A stretch of 64,000 nucleotides of DNA from an uncultured Methylococcales bacterium (lineage in GTDB: Bacteria > Pseudomonadota > Gammaproteobacteria > Methylococcales > G963664935). Location: contig CAZZET010000007.1 of the NCBI GenBank assembly GCA_964653275.1, positions 13,983-77,982 on the forward strand, given 5' to 3'. Every line of letters begins with the position of its first letter. Positions within the stretch are counted from its first letter, which is position 1. The position numbers and the translations under genes are program-made. The notes beneath the pieces were generated by a model, which had not been told where the DNA came from, ran no database searches, and was given only the letters and a program-made list of their open reading frames with translations. Shown piece after piece: positions 50,985 to 60,659 of this stretch.

Positions 50985-51593
50985 TCACAACAAAAAATAC
51001 TCTTTAATACCAGCCAAAACACTTGAGACACCCACCGAGGAAAGAATTAACCCCATTACTCTACTGATAATGCTCGCTCCACTATTTCCAATTAAGCGAT
51101 GAATCCAACTTGCGGCGAATAGAAACACCAGTACAACAAGCAGTACGAATAGCATAATTGCAACAGTCTGTGCCTGCTCCCATAAATTGTACCGGTTATT
51201 CTCTGTAAGCATGACAGCCGCAAGCATTGCACCCGGACTTGCAATCGATGGAATAGCGAGCGGAAAAATTGCTGTCTCAGTCCCACTCTCTGCCAGCTTG
51301 AGCTCTTCATCTGGCTTACTCTCTCCAAATATCATCGAAAGCGCAAATAGAAAAAGGATAATTCCACCTGCTATTTGAAATGCCGAAAGTGGAATATCTA
51401 TTGCCGTAAGAATTACTTCCCCCGCCACGACAAAAAATAGAAGAATCATTGCTGAAATAAAAGTCGCCTTAACGGCGATTTTTATTTTCAACTGATCTTC
51501 ATACCGACCAGTGACTGCAATGAACACCGGAATAGTTCCTATAGGGTCAATTACAGCAAAAAAGACAATGAAAGTGGCAACTAGATCGATCAT
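50985..51593 (-). CDS. MarC family membrane protein
   Basis: DPIGTIP, AFQIAGG, PLAIPSIASPG and SRVMGLIL; start taken at ATG 51593. Confidence 0.9.
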   Translation of the reverse strand: MIDLVATFIVFFAVIDPIGTIPVFIAVTGRYEDQLKIKIAVKATFISAMILLFFVVAGEVILTAIDIPLSAFQIAGGIILFLFALSMIFGESKPDEELKLAESGTETAIFPLAIPSIASPGAMLAAVMLTENNRYNLWEQAQTVAIMLFVLLVVLVFLFAASWIHRLIGNSGASIISRVMGLILSSVGVSSVLAGIKEYFLL

Positions 51594-51942
51594 TTTTTCC
51601 CAATTGGCATCTAACGATGCAGAAAGTTGCTCGTGAATGATTGCAAAATAGTATCGTCTATTGGGGAAAACATAAAGCAATAGAAGTTTGGAATACGTTC
51701 ACTAGAACTTGAATGGAACAGACCAACCTTAAACACCAAGAGGAGCGACTCCCGCCACCCCCCTTGGAGTGAGAAAATCCATTAAATATTTTTTTGTCGC
51801 CAATTTTAGTCGGATCATTATGAGTCCTACGGAACCCACTCCTACTCCTACTCATGCTAATCCTGTGGGCTTAGGTCCAATGGGTATTGATTCCTTTTTA
51901 CAAACAGACAACCGGTATTAAAGAGTACCAATACTAAAAGAA

Positions 51943-52188
51943 CTAAACCTTTCCCCCCTGTCGCAAGGACCACAAAATCATGGCCAGGTTAGCGGCATCC
52001 ACTTCCTGTCCAGACGACACTGATGTGTGTTTCATCATCATTCCCATCATTTGACGGTAGTTTGCAGGGTCGTCCCAGCCACGGTAGCCTTTGATAGCTT
52101 GTTCACGAAGGCGTGCTTTCATTTCGGTTGAAAATTCGTCAACAGCTCGGTAGAGTCGCTCGATTTCTTGTTGTGTTTCTTGATCCAT
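51943..52188 (-). CDS. Small all-alpha hypothetical protein
   Basis: 81 aa from ATG 52188: F..EMKARL...GYRGWDD...EVDAANLAMILW. Confidence 0.6.
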   Translation of the reverse strand: MDQETQQEIERLYRAVDEFSTEMKARLREQAIKGYRGWDDPANYRQMMGMMMKHTSVSSGQEVDAANLAMILWSLRQGGKV

Positions 52189-52274
52189 AGATACAGATAC
52201 ATTAATTAAAAAAACCCAAAGGGCCATTATATACTTGTCCCCCTACAGTTTTGCTCATTTCAACAATAATTCGC

Positions 52275-53378
52275 ATGAGAAAATTTTTTCTTTTTTCTAG
52301 TTTTACACTCATCCTAACAGGCTGCCAGTCGTATTTTGGCCCATCTGCCTTGAGCAATACTCATCCCGCATACAATCAAGCAATTGTCAAATCGCTGGGT
52401 GAACAAATGTTGCTGAATTTGGTGCGATTAAAGTACCGTGACGAGGCTTATTTTCTTAAAGTTAGCAGTGTGACAGCAGCGCTGACGTTGATAGCTAGTG
52501 GCGGACTCGACACAGAAATCGATTTGGCCCCCGGTGGGAATATTCTTAAACCTAGATTGGGGATAAATTATGCCGATAGACCCACAATATCATACACGCC
52601 CCTCCAAGGTGAAGACTTCCTGAAAAGTGTTCTGTCTTCAATATCGCTCGAGGCTATCCTTGTTCTGACTCAATCGGGTTGGAGTGTAGAACGGGTGTTT
52701 GGCCTATGCATAGAACGTATGAATGAGCTCTACAATGCACCGAGAGCCTCAGGGCCAACGCCAAAGGACGCACCAAAATATAAAAAATTTAAACGGATGC
52801 TAATGCTATTTCGTGAGCTGCAGCTTACAGGTGATATAGAGATAGGCCCAGATTTAGATTTGGACGAAAAATCAAAAAGTCTGGTGATGCTTTTTGAGGG
52901 TAATGACGTTGATCGAAAAGTACGTCAAGAACTAAACTCTCTCCTCGGTTTTAACAGAAAACCCCTAGTAGATAAAAAAGTACATCGCATGAAGATCTCA
53001 ACAAATTTTCTGCGCATGAAACCTCACCAAATAACTGTTCGAACTCGCTCAATCTCAAGCTTGCTTTTCTATCTTTCCCAAAATGTAGAAATTCCAAAAG
53101 AGCATAAAGATGCCGGACTTATCACCATCACGAAAACTCTTGATGGGCAAAACTTTAACTGGGGAGAAACGCCGGCTGGCTCAGTATTTAAAATACAATC
53201 CAGCGATAGCCACCCCGACAACGCTTTTCTTTCAATCTTCTATCGAGGATTCTGGTTCTACATTGCTGATAACGACTTACAATCTAAATCCACTTTTATG
53301 TTGCTTACACAATTATTCGATTTACAGGCGGGTCAGACGAAATACACAGGTCCAACGCTCACTCTGCCAGTTCGGTAG
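52275..53378 (+). CDS. Uncharacterised lipoprotein
   Basis: MRKFFLFSSFTLILTG-C lipobox from ATG 52275; long clean ORF. Confidence 0.75.
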   Translation: MRKFFLFSSFTLILTGCQSYFGPSALSNTHPAYNQAIVKSLGEQMLLNLVRLKYRDEAYFLKVSSVTAALTLIASGGLDTEIDLAPGGNILKPRLGINYADRPTISYTPLQGEDFLKSVLSSISLEAILVLTQSGWSVERVFGLCIERMNELYNAPRASGPTPKDAPKYKKFKRMLMLFRELQLTGDIEIGPDLDLDEKSKSLVMLFEGNDVDRKVRQELNSLLGFNRKPLVDKKVHRMKISTNFLRMKPHQITVRTRSISSLLFYLSQNVEIPKEHKDAGLITITKTLDGQNFNWGETPAGSVFKIQSSDSHPDNAFLSIFYRGFWFYIADNDLQSKSTFMLLTQLFDLQAGQTKYTGPTLTLPVR

Positions 53379-53797
53379 GTTCGCAGCAAGGCACGTTCAG
53401 GATATTTTTATATCTCCTAATGCTTATTATGGGTGTTTTGCAACAGAGTGAACACCCGTTTGGCCAGCATAAGCCCATAATACGCAGATCTATCTGCAAA
53501 TAGGTATTTTAGATGGCATGTCAATCCTATCGTTTCGTCAAGACATCCTCTGAAAAAAATCTCTCAATAGTTTGGGAAGAATATCAAGGGGCACTTTCAT
53601 TTCGATAAGAACTCGATAGAGCTGTCCAGTACTTTGTTGTGTTTCTAGATCCGGAGGCACACCTTAACTATAAAAACCCCAAGGCATTATTAATATGACG
53701 AGCTATTTCAGATTGACTAATTCGCATTGCAATAGTCAATTTTCCCCTCCGTAACCACGCAAAAACTTTTCACAGAAACCAATAACACAGGCCAATA

Positions 53798-55693
53798 TCA
53801 ACTACCCACCTTGAGCGAGAGCGCTTCCAGTTCGTCCCATCTAACATAGGCTTGCTCTAAGTCTTTTTCCAAGCAATTCAATTCGGCCAAAGTCTCAGCG
53901 ATTTTCGCTTTATCTTGTAGATAGAAATCAGGAGAAGCAACACGGGCATGAAATTCCTCTTGTTTAGTTTCTAAAATTTCTATTTGCCGAGGGAGTGCCT
54001 CGAGTTCACGCTGATTTTGGTAGCTTAATTTTTTCGTTTGCCGTTTTGGTCTAGGTGTATCCAGGCTCTTTGTATTTTCCTTTGGTACATTATTTTGAAT
54101 AGGTCGCTGGTCAATCCAATCGGTATAGCCCCCCACGTACTCTTGGATTTGGGCATTACCTTCTAAAACCAGAGTGCTTGTAACAACATTGTCAAGAAAC
54201 GACCGGTCGTGACTGACTAGCAATAATGTACCATCGAAGTTGACTAACAGATCTTCAAGTAACTCCAAAGTTTCAACATCAAGATCATTGGTGGGTTCAT
54301 CCATCACCAAAAGGTTGGCCGGTTTGGAGAAAACTTGCGCTAATAACAAACGATTTTTTTCGCCACCCGATAAACTGCGAACTGGCGAACGAGCACGCGC
54401 AGGAGAAAATAAAAAATCCGACAAATAGGACATCACATGACGCTTGTGATTATTAATCACGATGAATTCATTACCGTCAGCAATCGAATCGGCAACAGTC
54501 GCATTAGGATCGAGCTGCATTCTCATTTGGTCAAAATAGGCAATCTGCAAATTTGTGCCTAGTTTGACGGTTCCCGAATTAGGTTGCAATTGACCGAGCA
54601 ACAGCCTCAGTAGAGTCGTTTTGCCAGAACCGTTTGGACCAATTAACCCAATCCGATCGCCTCGAATAATAGTATTTGAAAACTCGCTGATAATACAGGT
54701 ATCGCCATAGTAAAAACTCACGTTTTTGACCTCGACAACACGTTTACCTGAACTATCGGCGAGTTCCAATTCTATTTTTGCTTTTCCTTGCTGCTCACGC
54801 CGTTTGGACCTTTGTTCCCGCAATTTTTTTAACATGCGGACCCGTCCTTCATTGCGGGTGCGCCGTGCTTTTATTCCCTGTCGAATCCAAACTTCTTCTT
54901 GGGCGAGTTTTTTGTCAAATTCGGCGTTGTGTCGTGCTTCCTCGTCCAACGATGCGGCCTTCCGTCGCAGATAGTCCGTATAATCTCCGGGCCAGGAAAC
55001 CAGTTGACCGCGATCAAGGTCGACAATTCGGGTAGCCAACGCTTGTAGAAACGCTCGGTCATGGGTGACAAATAGCAACGCACCAGAAAATTGCCGTAAT
55101 CGCTGTTCGAGCCATATTATGGTATCAATATCCAGATGATTGGTAGGCTCATCCAGCAGCAACAACTGCGGTTCAATAACTAAAGCATGGGCTAGTGCGA
55201 CCCGTCTTTTCCAACCACCAGAAAGTTGTGATATGTGGATATCACCCTCTAAACCTAACCAGCTTAAAGTAGATTCAACACGTTGTTGTAATAACCAGCC
55301 ATTGTGGGATTCCAGTAAATGTTGTAACCGTCCCAGTTCTTTCAATTGCTGCGGATCTTCACCTGAACCCATGCGAGTTGATATCAGGTGATATTGACCC
55401 AGCCAATGACCGATCTCACCCAAACCCTCTGCAACGACATCGTAGACCGTAGCGTCATCCGGTAATATCGGCGCCTGATCCAAATATGCCATTTTAATTT
55501 CGGGTTGCCGCCAGACTTCACCGGTTTCGGGTTGAATTTTACCACCAATAATTTTCAGCAATGTTGATTTTCCTTCGCCGTTCCGGCCGAGCAATCCAAC
55601 ACGTTCGCCAAAATCAATTTGGAAATCTGCTGAATCAAGTAGAGCGTGGGTTCCAAATGCGATCGAAAGCTTACTAAGGCGTATAAGTGGCAT
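53798..55693 (-). CDS. uup: ABC-F ATPase Uup
   Basis: Two NBDs (GRNGEGKST/LSGGW and GPNGSGKT/LSGGE), linker WIRQGIKARRTRNEGRVR and KLSY C-terminal domain. Confidence 0.93.
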   Translation of the reverse strand: MPLIRLSKLSIAFGTHALLDSADFQIDFGERVGLLGRNGEGKSTLLKIIGGKIQPETGEVWRQPEIKMAYLDQAPILPDDATVYDVVAEGLGEIGHWLGQYHLISTRMGSGEDPQQLKELGRLQHLLESHNGWLLQQRVESTLSWLGLEGDIHISQLSGGWKRRVALAHALVIEPQLLLLDEPTNHLDIDTIIWLEQRLRQFSGALLFVTHDRAFLQALATRIVDLDRGQLVSWPGDYTDYLRRKAASLDEEARHNAEFDKKLAQEEVWIRQGIKARRTRNEGRVRMLKKLREQRSKRREQQGKAKIELELADSSGKRVVEVKNVSFYYGDTCIISEFSNTIIRGDRIGLIGPNGSGKTTLLRLLLGQLQPNSGTVKLGTNLQIAYFDQMRMQLDPNATVADSIADGNEFIVINNHKRHVMSYLSDFLFSPARARSPVRSLSGGEKNRLLLAQVFSKPANLLVMDEPTNDLDVETLELLEDLLVNFDGTLLLVSHDRSFLDNVVTSTLVLEGNAQIQEYVGGYTDWIDQRPIQNNVPKENTKSLDTPRPKRQTKKLSYQNQRELEALPRQIEILETKQEEFHARVASPDFYLQDKAKIAETLAELNCLEKDLEQAYVRWDELEALSLKVGS

Positions 55694-55704
55694 GGTATTT
55701 CGCT

Positions 55705-56940
55705 TTAAAACAAATAGCCTTGAAGATAACGTCTAAGAGTATCCAAAGCAATCGTAGCCGCGACGGTTTGTTTACGCGCAGCAGGACCCCCAGCCTTACA
55801 AATGTAGTGGAAACAACCGGTTGGTGTTGCCAGTCCAGTGAATAACTCGATCGTACCGGACTTATCATTTAATGCATTTGCATCTGGATGCCATAGTTGG
55901 ACTAAACCGATTTCGGTATGGGATCGCTTACAAACTAATGATGCCAAATGTTCAATCGCTTCATTTACACTTTTAAAATCAGCAAAATCTGGAGGTTGGT
56001 AATCGTATCGGTCAAAAACTCCGAATACGTCTTGGACAACTACACTTTCCACAAGCCATCGATAATTAAAGCACCGGCTGCCAATTTGTCCGCTACTGAC
56101 AGTTTCGACAACGGCTAATGAATGTCCCGATTTTGACAACAACAAATCGATCGCATCAACCATATTTCCTTTGTCACCCTTCAGACCATCGATACTAAAT
56201 ACATATTTACCTAGTTTTTGTGCAACCTCTCCAACAAAATCTTGAAGGTTAGTTTCGGAAAATTTTGGCGGGAAAAGCAGCTTGGTTTGATTTTCGAGAT
56301 TACCTGTCCGAAAACTCAAAATGATCTCTCTTGGAAATGCAAGAGCATTAAGTTTTTGCTGGAGTCGTGATTCCCCGATCCCCGCAGTACGTACGGTAAC
56401 CAATCGCCACGGTTTTAGATCAAAATGCCGGAGCAATTCTGGTTTGATCCGCTCGCGGAAAAGGTTACGCATTTCGTAGGGTACTCCGGCCACGAATGCA
56501 AACCAGCACTGGCCGATCCGTATAGAAAACCCCGGAGCGGTTCCCCAGTCATTGTCTATCCTCATCGCGCCTTGTGGAATCATCGCCTGTTTACGATTGA
56601 CTTCCGGAATTGGGCGCCCCAAGCGGATAAAATACTGGCTTATATTATGCCATGCCTCTTGATCAAAGATGAGCGGTCGATTGAAAGCTATTGATACTGC
56701 TTCGGCCGTCAAATCATCCTGTGTTGGTCCTAACCCACCGGTGCAAATACAACAATCGGTTCGAACAGAAATTTCTTTTAATACGCTAACCAACTCACCA
56801 ACACGATCACCCACTGTCGTATGCCGAGCAATCCGGAACCCCATTTCAAACAACCGTTCGGACAGCCAAGCTGCATTGGTATCCACGGTTTGTCCATTAA
56901 CAATTTCCTCTCCCTGTGAAAATATTTCTACTGTCGGCAT
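55705..56940 (-). CDS. cinA: CinA-like protein (MoCF-like N-terminal domain, degenerate PncC domain)
   Basis: GEEIVNGQTVDTNAAWL, TGGLGPTQDDLT and GTAPG. Confidence 0.85.
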   Translation of the reverse strand: MPTVEIFSQGEEIVNGQTVDTNAAWLSERLFEMGFRIARHTTVGDRVGELVSVLKEISVRTDCCICTGGLGPTQDDLTAEAVSIAFNRPLIFDQEAWHNISQYFIRLGRPIPEVNRKQAMIPQGAMRIDNDWGTAPGFSIRIGQCWFAFVAGVPYEMRNLFRERIKPELLRHFDLKPWRLVTVRTAGIGESRLQQKLNALAFPREIILSFRTGNLENQTKLLFPPKFSETNLQDFVGEVAQKLGKYVFSIDGLKGDKGNMVDAIDLLLSKSGHSLAVVETVSSGQIGSRCFNYRWLVESVVVQDVFGVFDRYDYQPPDFADFKSVNEAIEHLASLVCKRSHTEIGLVQLWHPDANALNDKSGTIELFTGLATPTGCFHYICKAGGPAARKQTVAATIALDTLRRYLQGYLF

Positions 56941-57026
56941 TGAGGAACACTTTTATTTTTACCTAACCAACTAGAGACTAGATTTTTCACTGAAAACAGC
57001 TATTCCATACGAATGCTCAATCAAAC

Positions 57027-58319
57027 CTATGTTGGTGGTGTACCACTGGTATCGCGAGTACTATTTTCAATAAGGGGGGTTTCTAAACCTTCGATTTCTT
57101 GCAGTGCTCTACCTGCGATCCCCTGAAGGTCGCCATACATACCAACAGTCGATTCTATAACACCCTGTATTTGAGCTTCTCTCTTGGCCCAAAGTCTTGT
57201 CATAGACTTTCTTTCACGATTCAAATCCACTTGCATATCCGAAAACTTTTCAACAATCGCTTCAACTCGATGGCGAAACCTTGGACCGGTTAAATACTCA
57301 TAAACCAACTCCATTTTCGACTGTTGACCTTCTTGGGCCTGCCTGGAATTCGCGATTTCGATTAAGGACTGCCGCAGAACAATCACTAAAGGCACAGCAT
57401 AGCAAGGTGCTGAAACCCACACACCATCAACCGGCCCAAAAGTTTCTATATCCTTCGGTAGGGTTACTGAAATCAAAATAGCGAGTTCCGCCTTCGCTGT
57501 TCGTTGATCACCCCGCAACTTCGCAAGCCAACCGTCACTCCAATTTTTGGTCCGTTTTGATTCCCACAGAATTGAGCCACAGGCTTGCCCCATGGGTCCA
57601 ACAACACGTTGTAAAACATCACCACCAAACTCACCCTTTCCAACGGGTTCTATACTGTCGAATGGAAACTTCTTGCGGAGCGTCTCTTCCAGCACCAACT
57701 CTAGCACTTCTCCTTGGAGTTGTTGTGATCCCTGCTCTGCCTTACGTTTCAGCTCTTCAATCTGTCGCTGCATCGAAGAAATCTGCTCTTCCTTCTCAAA
57801 AACTTTGAGCTTTAAACGTTCCTCGACTTCTTTCTTTGCCTTCTCACGAACGACAGAAATAGATTCCTGGACGCGTTTTTCAACGGTAAGATCAAATTCA
57901 CGTTTTGCATCGTCCAATTCACGTTGTTTGCGTATTAGCTCCACTTGCGCTTTTTGAGCTTCTTCAAGCTTTGAATTGCGCTCGTTGAGAACTTCTTGTA
58001 GTTCCTGCAACTCTTTAGCTTTCGCTGCGAGGTCAGATGCAACGACGAATTTCGCCTTCTTAGCCTCTTCAGCTACTATCGATGATCGTTCTATTTTGAG
58101 CTTTTCTTTAACTTGATCATCTATCGTCTTTTTAGCATTTGCAATAATTTTTTGTTGCTTCCGTACTTCTTCTTCACGTTCAGCAACAATTTTTTCCTGC
58201 CGAAACAATTGAGCCTCATATTTCTTCCGTGTAGCTTGAATTAGCGGGGCTGCTAACGATTCTGTCAGCTTGACCTCAATGGAGCAGTTTGGACATATTA
58301 TTGTTGGTTCTATTGACAT
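57027..58319 (-). CDS. DUF2130-domain coiled-coil protein
   Basis: IICPNC, a long coiled coil, QGEVLE, ILWESKRTKNWSDGW and KL..DQR; start taken at ATG 58319. Confidence 0.88.
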   Translation of the reverse strand: MSIEPTIICPNCSIEVKLTESLAAPLIQATRKKYEAQLFRQEKIVAEREEEVRKQQKIIANAKKTIDDQVKEKLKIERSSIVAEEAKKAKFVVASDLAAKAKELQELQEVLNERNSKLEEAQKAQVELIRKQRELDDAKREFDLTVEKRVQESISVVREKAKKEVEERLKLKVFEKEEQISSMQRQIEELKRKAEQGSQQLQGEVLELVLEETLRKKFPFDSIEPVGKGEFGGDVLQRVVGPMGQACGSILWESKRTKNWSDGWLAKLRGDQRTAKAELAILISVTLPKDIETFGPVDGVWVSAPCYAVPLVIVLRQSLIEIANSRQAQEGQQSKMELVYEYLTGPRFRHRVEAIVEKFSDMQVDLNRERKSMTRLWAKREAQIQGVIESTVGMYGDLQGIAGRALQEIEGLETPLIENSTRDTSGTPPT

Positions 58320-58432
58320 AGCCCTTCTTAAGACAAACACCTCTTAAATCCATTAAACACGTCATCTCTATCCCCCTCCACCATGCCGATCAAGCAACTT
58401 CTTGGAGTATTGAGAAAATGTCTGAATACTAC

Positions 58433-58640
58433 TAGGAACCTGCTCAAGAATAGAAAGCCTACTCTAGGACAGCCTCCTAGGCTCGATGCTACTAATCGGC
58501 GAAATAGCAAAAGCATTATAGGCGAGCATGTCCTATAGATCACTTTTTTCGGCGTCGAGATGACAACCCATCTCAAAAAACTCTTCAATCCGCCAGCCCT
58601 TATCTTCCACATATTCTCGGCGCTTTCGGAGTCTCCATAG
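58433..58640. repeat. Truncated MITE-like repeat related to 34575-34739
   Basis: Left arm TAGGAACCTGCTCAAGAATAG matches the left arm at 34575 at 16/21. TATTCTCGG (58612-58620) matches that element's right arm. TCCTAGGCTCGA (58475-58486) recurs at 49421-49432. Confidence 0.45.
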
Positions 58641-58737
58641 TTAATAGCAGTAATGTTTGTTCAAGTGCAGCAAGAATCAGGTTGCCCAGCCTGTTGAAAA
58701 AGGCTAAATTCAAGCTCATTATTAATAGGAGAATTAT

Positions 58738-59586
58738 TTGAATTCGGACTACGAACGGATCGCCAAATCAATCTGTTTCATTCATCAGCACGCATTGCAA
58801 CAACCCAGTCTTGATGATATTGCATCGGCTATTGGACTAAGTCCTTATCATTTCCAACGCCTTTTTCGCCGCTGGGCTGGAATTACACCTAAACGATTTC
58901 TACAATACCTGACCGTCGATCATGCAAAACAACTACTGGCCGACTCTAGTATCTTAGAGGCCGCGATAGGAGTCGGACTTTCGGGTCAGAGTCGGTTATA
59001 CGACCATTTTATTTCGTTGGAAGCTGTAACACCGGGCGAGTATAAACGTATGGGCCAGGGCTTAGAAATTCACTACGGAATCAGTCCAAGCCCTTTCGGA
59101 GACGCCTTTATCGCGGCCACCGACCGTGGCGTCTGCAGATTATCTTTCACTGACAATCAAAATCCCACCAACAATTTGGACACTTTAAGAAAAAATTGGC
59201 CAAAAGCTGATTTAAAAGAGAATTTAGACCGAATCCAAACATTAGGTAGAGCGATATTCAGCACTTCACTCAAGACAAATACCAACATAACCCTGATGGT
59301 CCGAGGGAGTAATTTTCAAATTAAAGTATGGGAATTTTTGCTATGCATTTCAACAGGTAGGCTTTTATCTTACGGGCAAGTCGCTGCTGCCATTGACCAT
59401 CCGTCTGCATCCCGCGCGGTTGCAAACGCCATCGGCGCTAACCCCATCGCCTTTTTGATTCCCTGTCATCGAGTCATTCGGAGTACTGGCGTCCTCGGCG
59501 GATACCGCTGGGGAATCGAGCGAAAACAAGCCATGCAAGCTTGGGAATCCGCCACTAAAGATCAGGATAAATTTTCTAAGGCATAA
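58738..59586 (+). CDS. AraC-HTH plus methylated-DNA-protein-cysteine methyltransferase (Ada-like, no N-terminal Zn domain)
   Basis: HFQRLFRRWAGITPKRF HTH; active site IPCHRV and GGYRWG. Confidence 0.9.
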   Translation: MNSDYERIAKSICFIHQHALQQPSLDDIASAIGLSPYHFQRLFRRWAGITPKRFLQYLTVDHAKQLLADSSILEAAIGVGLSGQSRLYDHFISLEAVTPGEYKRMGQGLEIHYGISPSPFGDAFIAATDRGVCRLSFTDNQNPTNNLDTLRKNWPKADLKENLDRIQTLGRAIFSTSLKTNTNITLMVRGSNFQIKVWEFLLCISTGRLLSYGQVAAAIDHPSASRAVANAIGANPIAFLIPCHRVIRSTGVLGGYRWGIERKQAMQAWESATKDQDKFSKA

Positions 59587-60345
59587 TCGCTCACTGAGAT
59601 TATGCCTACTTGTCCACTGGAGAAAGCCTTGTATAACCCTTGCCAACCAAGGCGCACCCGTTAATGCAACGGCATCTATTAAACAATACCAGGCAGCAAT
59701 TCCACTCGGCGGATTAGCTTGTGACAGGCCCAAGGTTGGTTCATACACCGCCCAAGCCCACGTACCGGCGTAAGTCCCGACTAGCTCAAGAAAACTTGTA
59801 ATATAAAACGCTCCTACATACAGCAATGGCGCCCTGCCTTTCAGCACAAAAATAAAAAACACACAGAAAAGCAAGGCACCCGCTGTGTCACCACGCTCGG
59901 CAAGAACCGAACCCCATAACGACCATAGCGTTCCAATACTCAAAGTAAACCCCATTACCAACTGCCGATGACGGTGAAAAAATGTCGACCGCCCTAACGC
60001 TACGGCTGTCAAATAAGCCATACCGTGACCAGGTGAAGCATAGCCTGGAACATTCTCAAGTCGGTAAATATATGCTCCTAGGAATGGAGATGCGATATAC
60101 TCTCCGATCGTAGCAAATACAATCGCTACAGCCACCTGTAATCGAACATCCTTTTCTTCACCGAATAACAACGCTATTAAAATTATCCAGCAACACACAC
60201 CCAAGATCAGTTGCAAAGGATGGCTAACAAACCCATCCAGATTTAAACCGACACCAATAGAAAAAACGACAACTATCGCAATCGTCATATCCCAATAGTC
60301 TTTTTCCTGCAGATCACGGATCAATAATTTATAAGATGCCAACAT
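59365..60345 (-). CDS. Multi-TM membrane protein of unknown function
   Basis: Seven to eight hydrophobic segments and a YRLENVP...GHG motif; the C-terminus overlaps the Ada-like gene antisense by 222 bp. Confidence 0.7.
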   Translation of the reverse strand: MLASYKLLIRDLQEKDYWDMTIAIVVVFSIGVGLNLDGFVSHPLQLILGVCCWIILIALLFGEEKDVRLQVAVAIVFATIGEYIASPFLGAYIYRLENVPGYASPGHGMAYLTAVALGRSTFFHRHRQLVMGFTLSIGTLWSLWGSVLAERGDTAGALLFCVFFIFVLKGRAPLLYVGAFYITSFLELVGTYAGTWAWAVYEPTLGLSQANPPSGIAAWYCLIDAVALTGAPWLARVIQGFLQWTSRHNLSERLCLRKFILIFSGGFPSLHGLFSLDSPAVSAEDASTPNDSMTGNQKGDGVSADGVCNRAGCRRMVNGSSDLPVR

Positions 60346-60659
60346 AACTTAATTTTTTTTTCTTAGTCTATTTTCCAGTTTCCAATTTGGGGGAAATAGT
60401 ATACTTATCCAGCCGACTTCGGCAACGCACTATGGCCCTACAAACGTTCTTTCAGGAGATAGGGTAATACCTATTGAACCCGTTTCTGAGATCAATTAAC
60501 AACTAAATTTTCACCCATCCGAACCCATAATTGGCACCATGAGGGACATTACCAAATTTAGTTTTGTCAAAGTTATACTTCGGTTTGGGTTGTGTACTGT
60601 AATTTCATGTTCCGGTATTTTTAGATCGGGTGACAGTTTAATTAAAGAACCAACAATAC

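Noticed and set aside
51820-51921. 33-aa Pro/Thr-rich plus-strand ORF MSPTEPTPTPTH...
   Set aside because: It has no RBS, and the PT repeat arises from the CCTACT tandem that is described as a GGA-rich element on the other strand.
58328-58612. 94-aa ORF MWKIRAGG...
   Set aside because: It lies over the MITE-like repeat and runs into the DUF2130 start, so it is most likely a by-product of the repeat.
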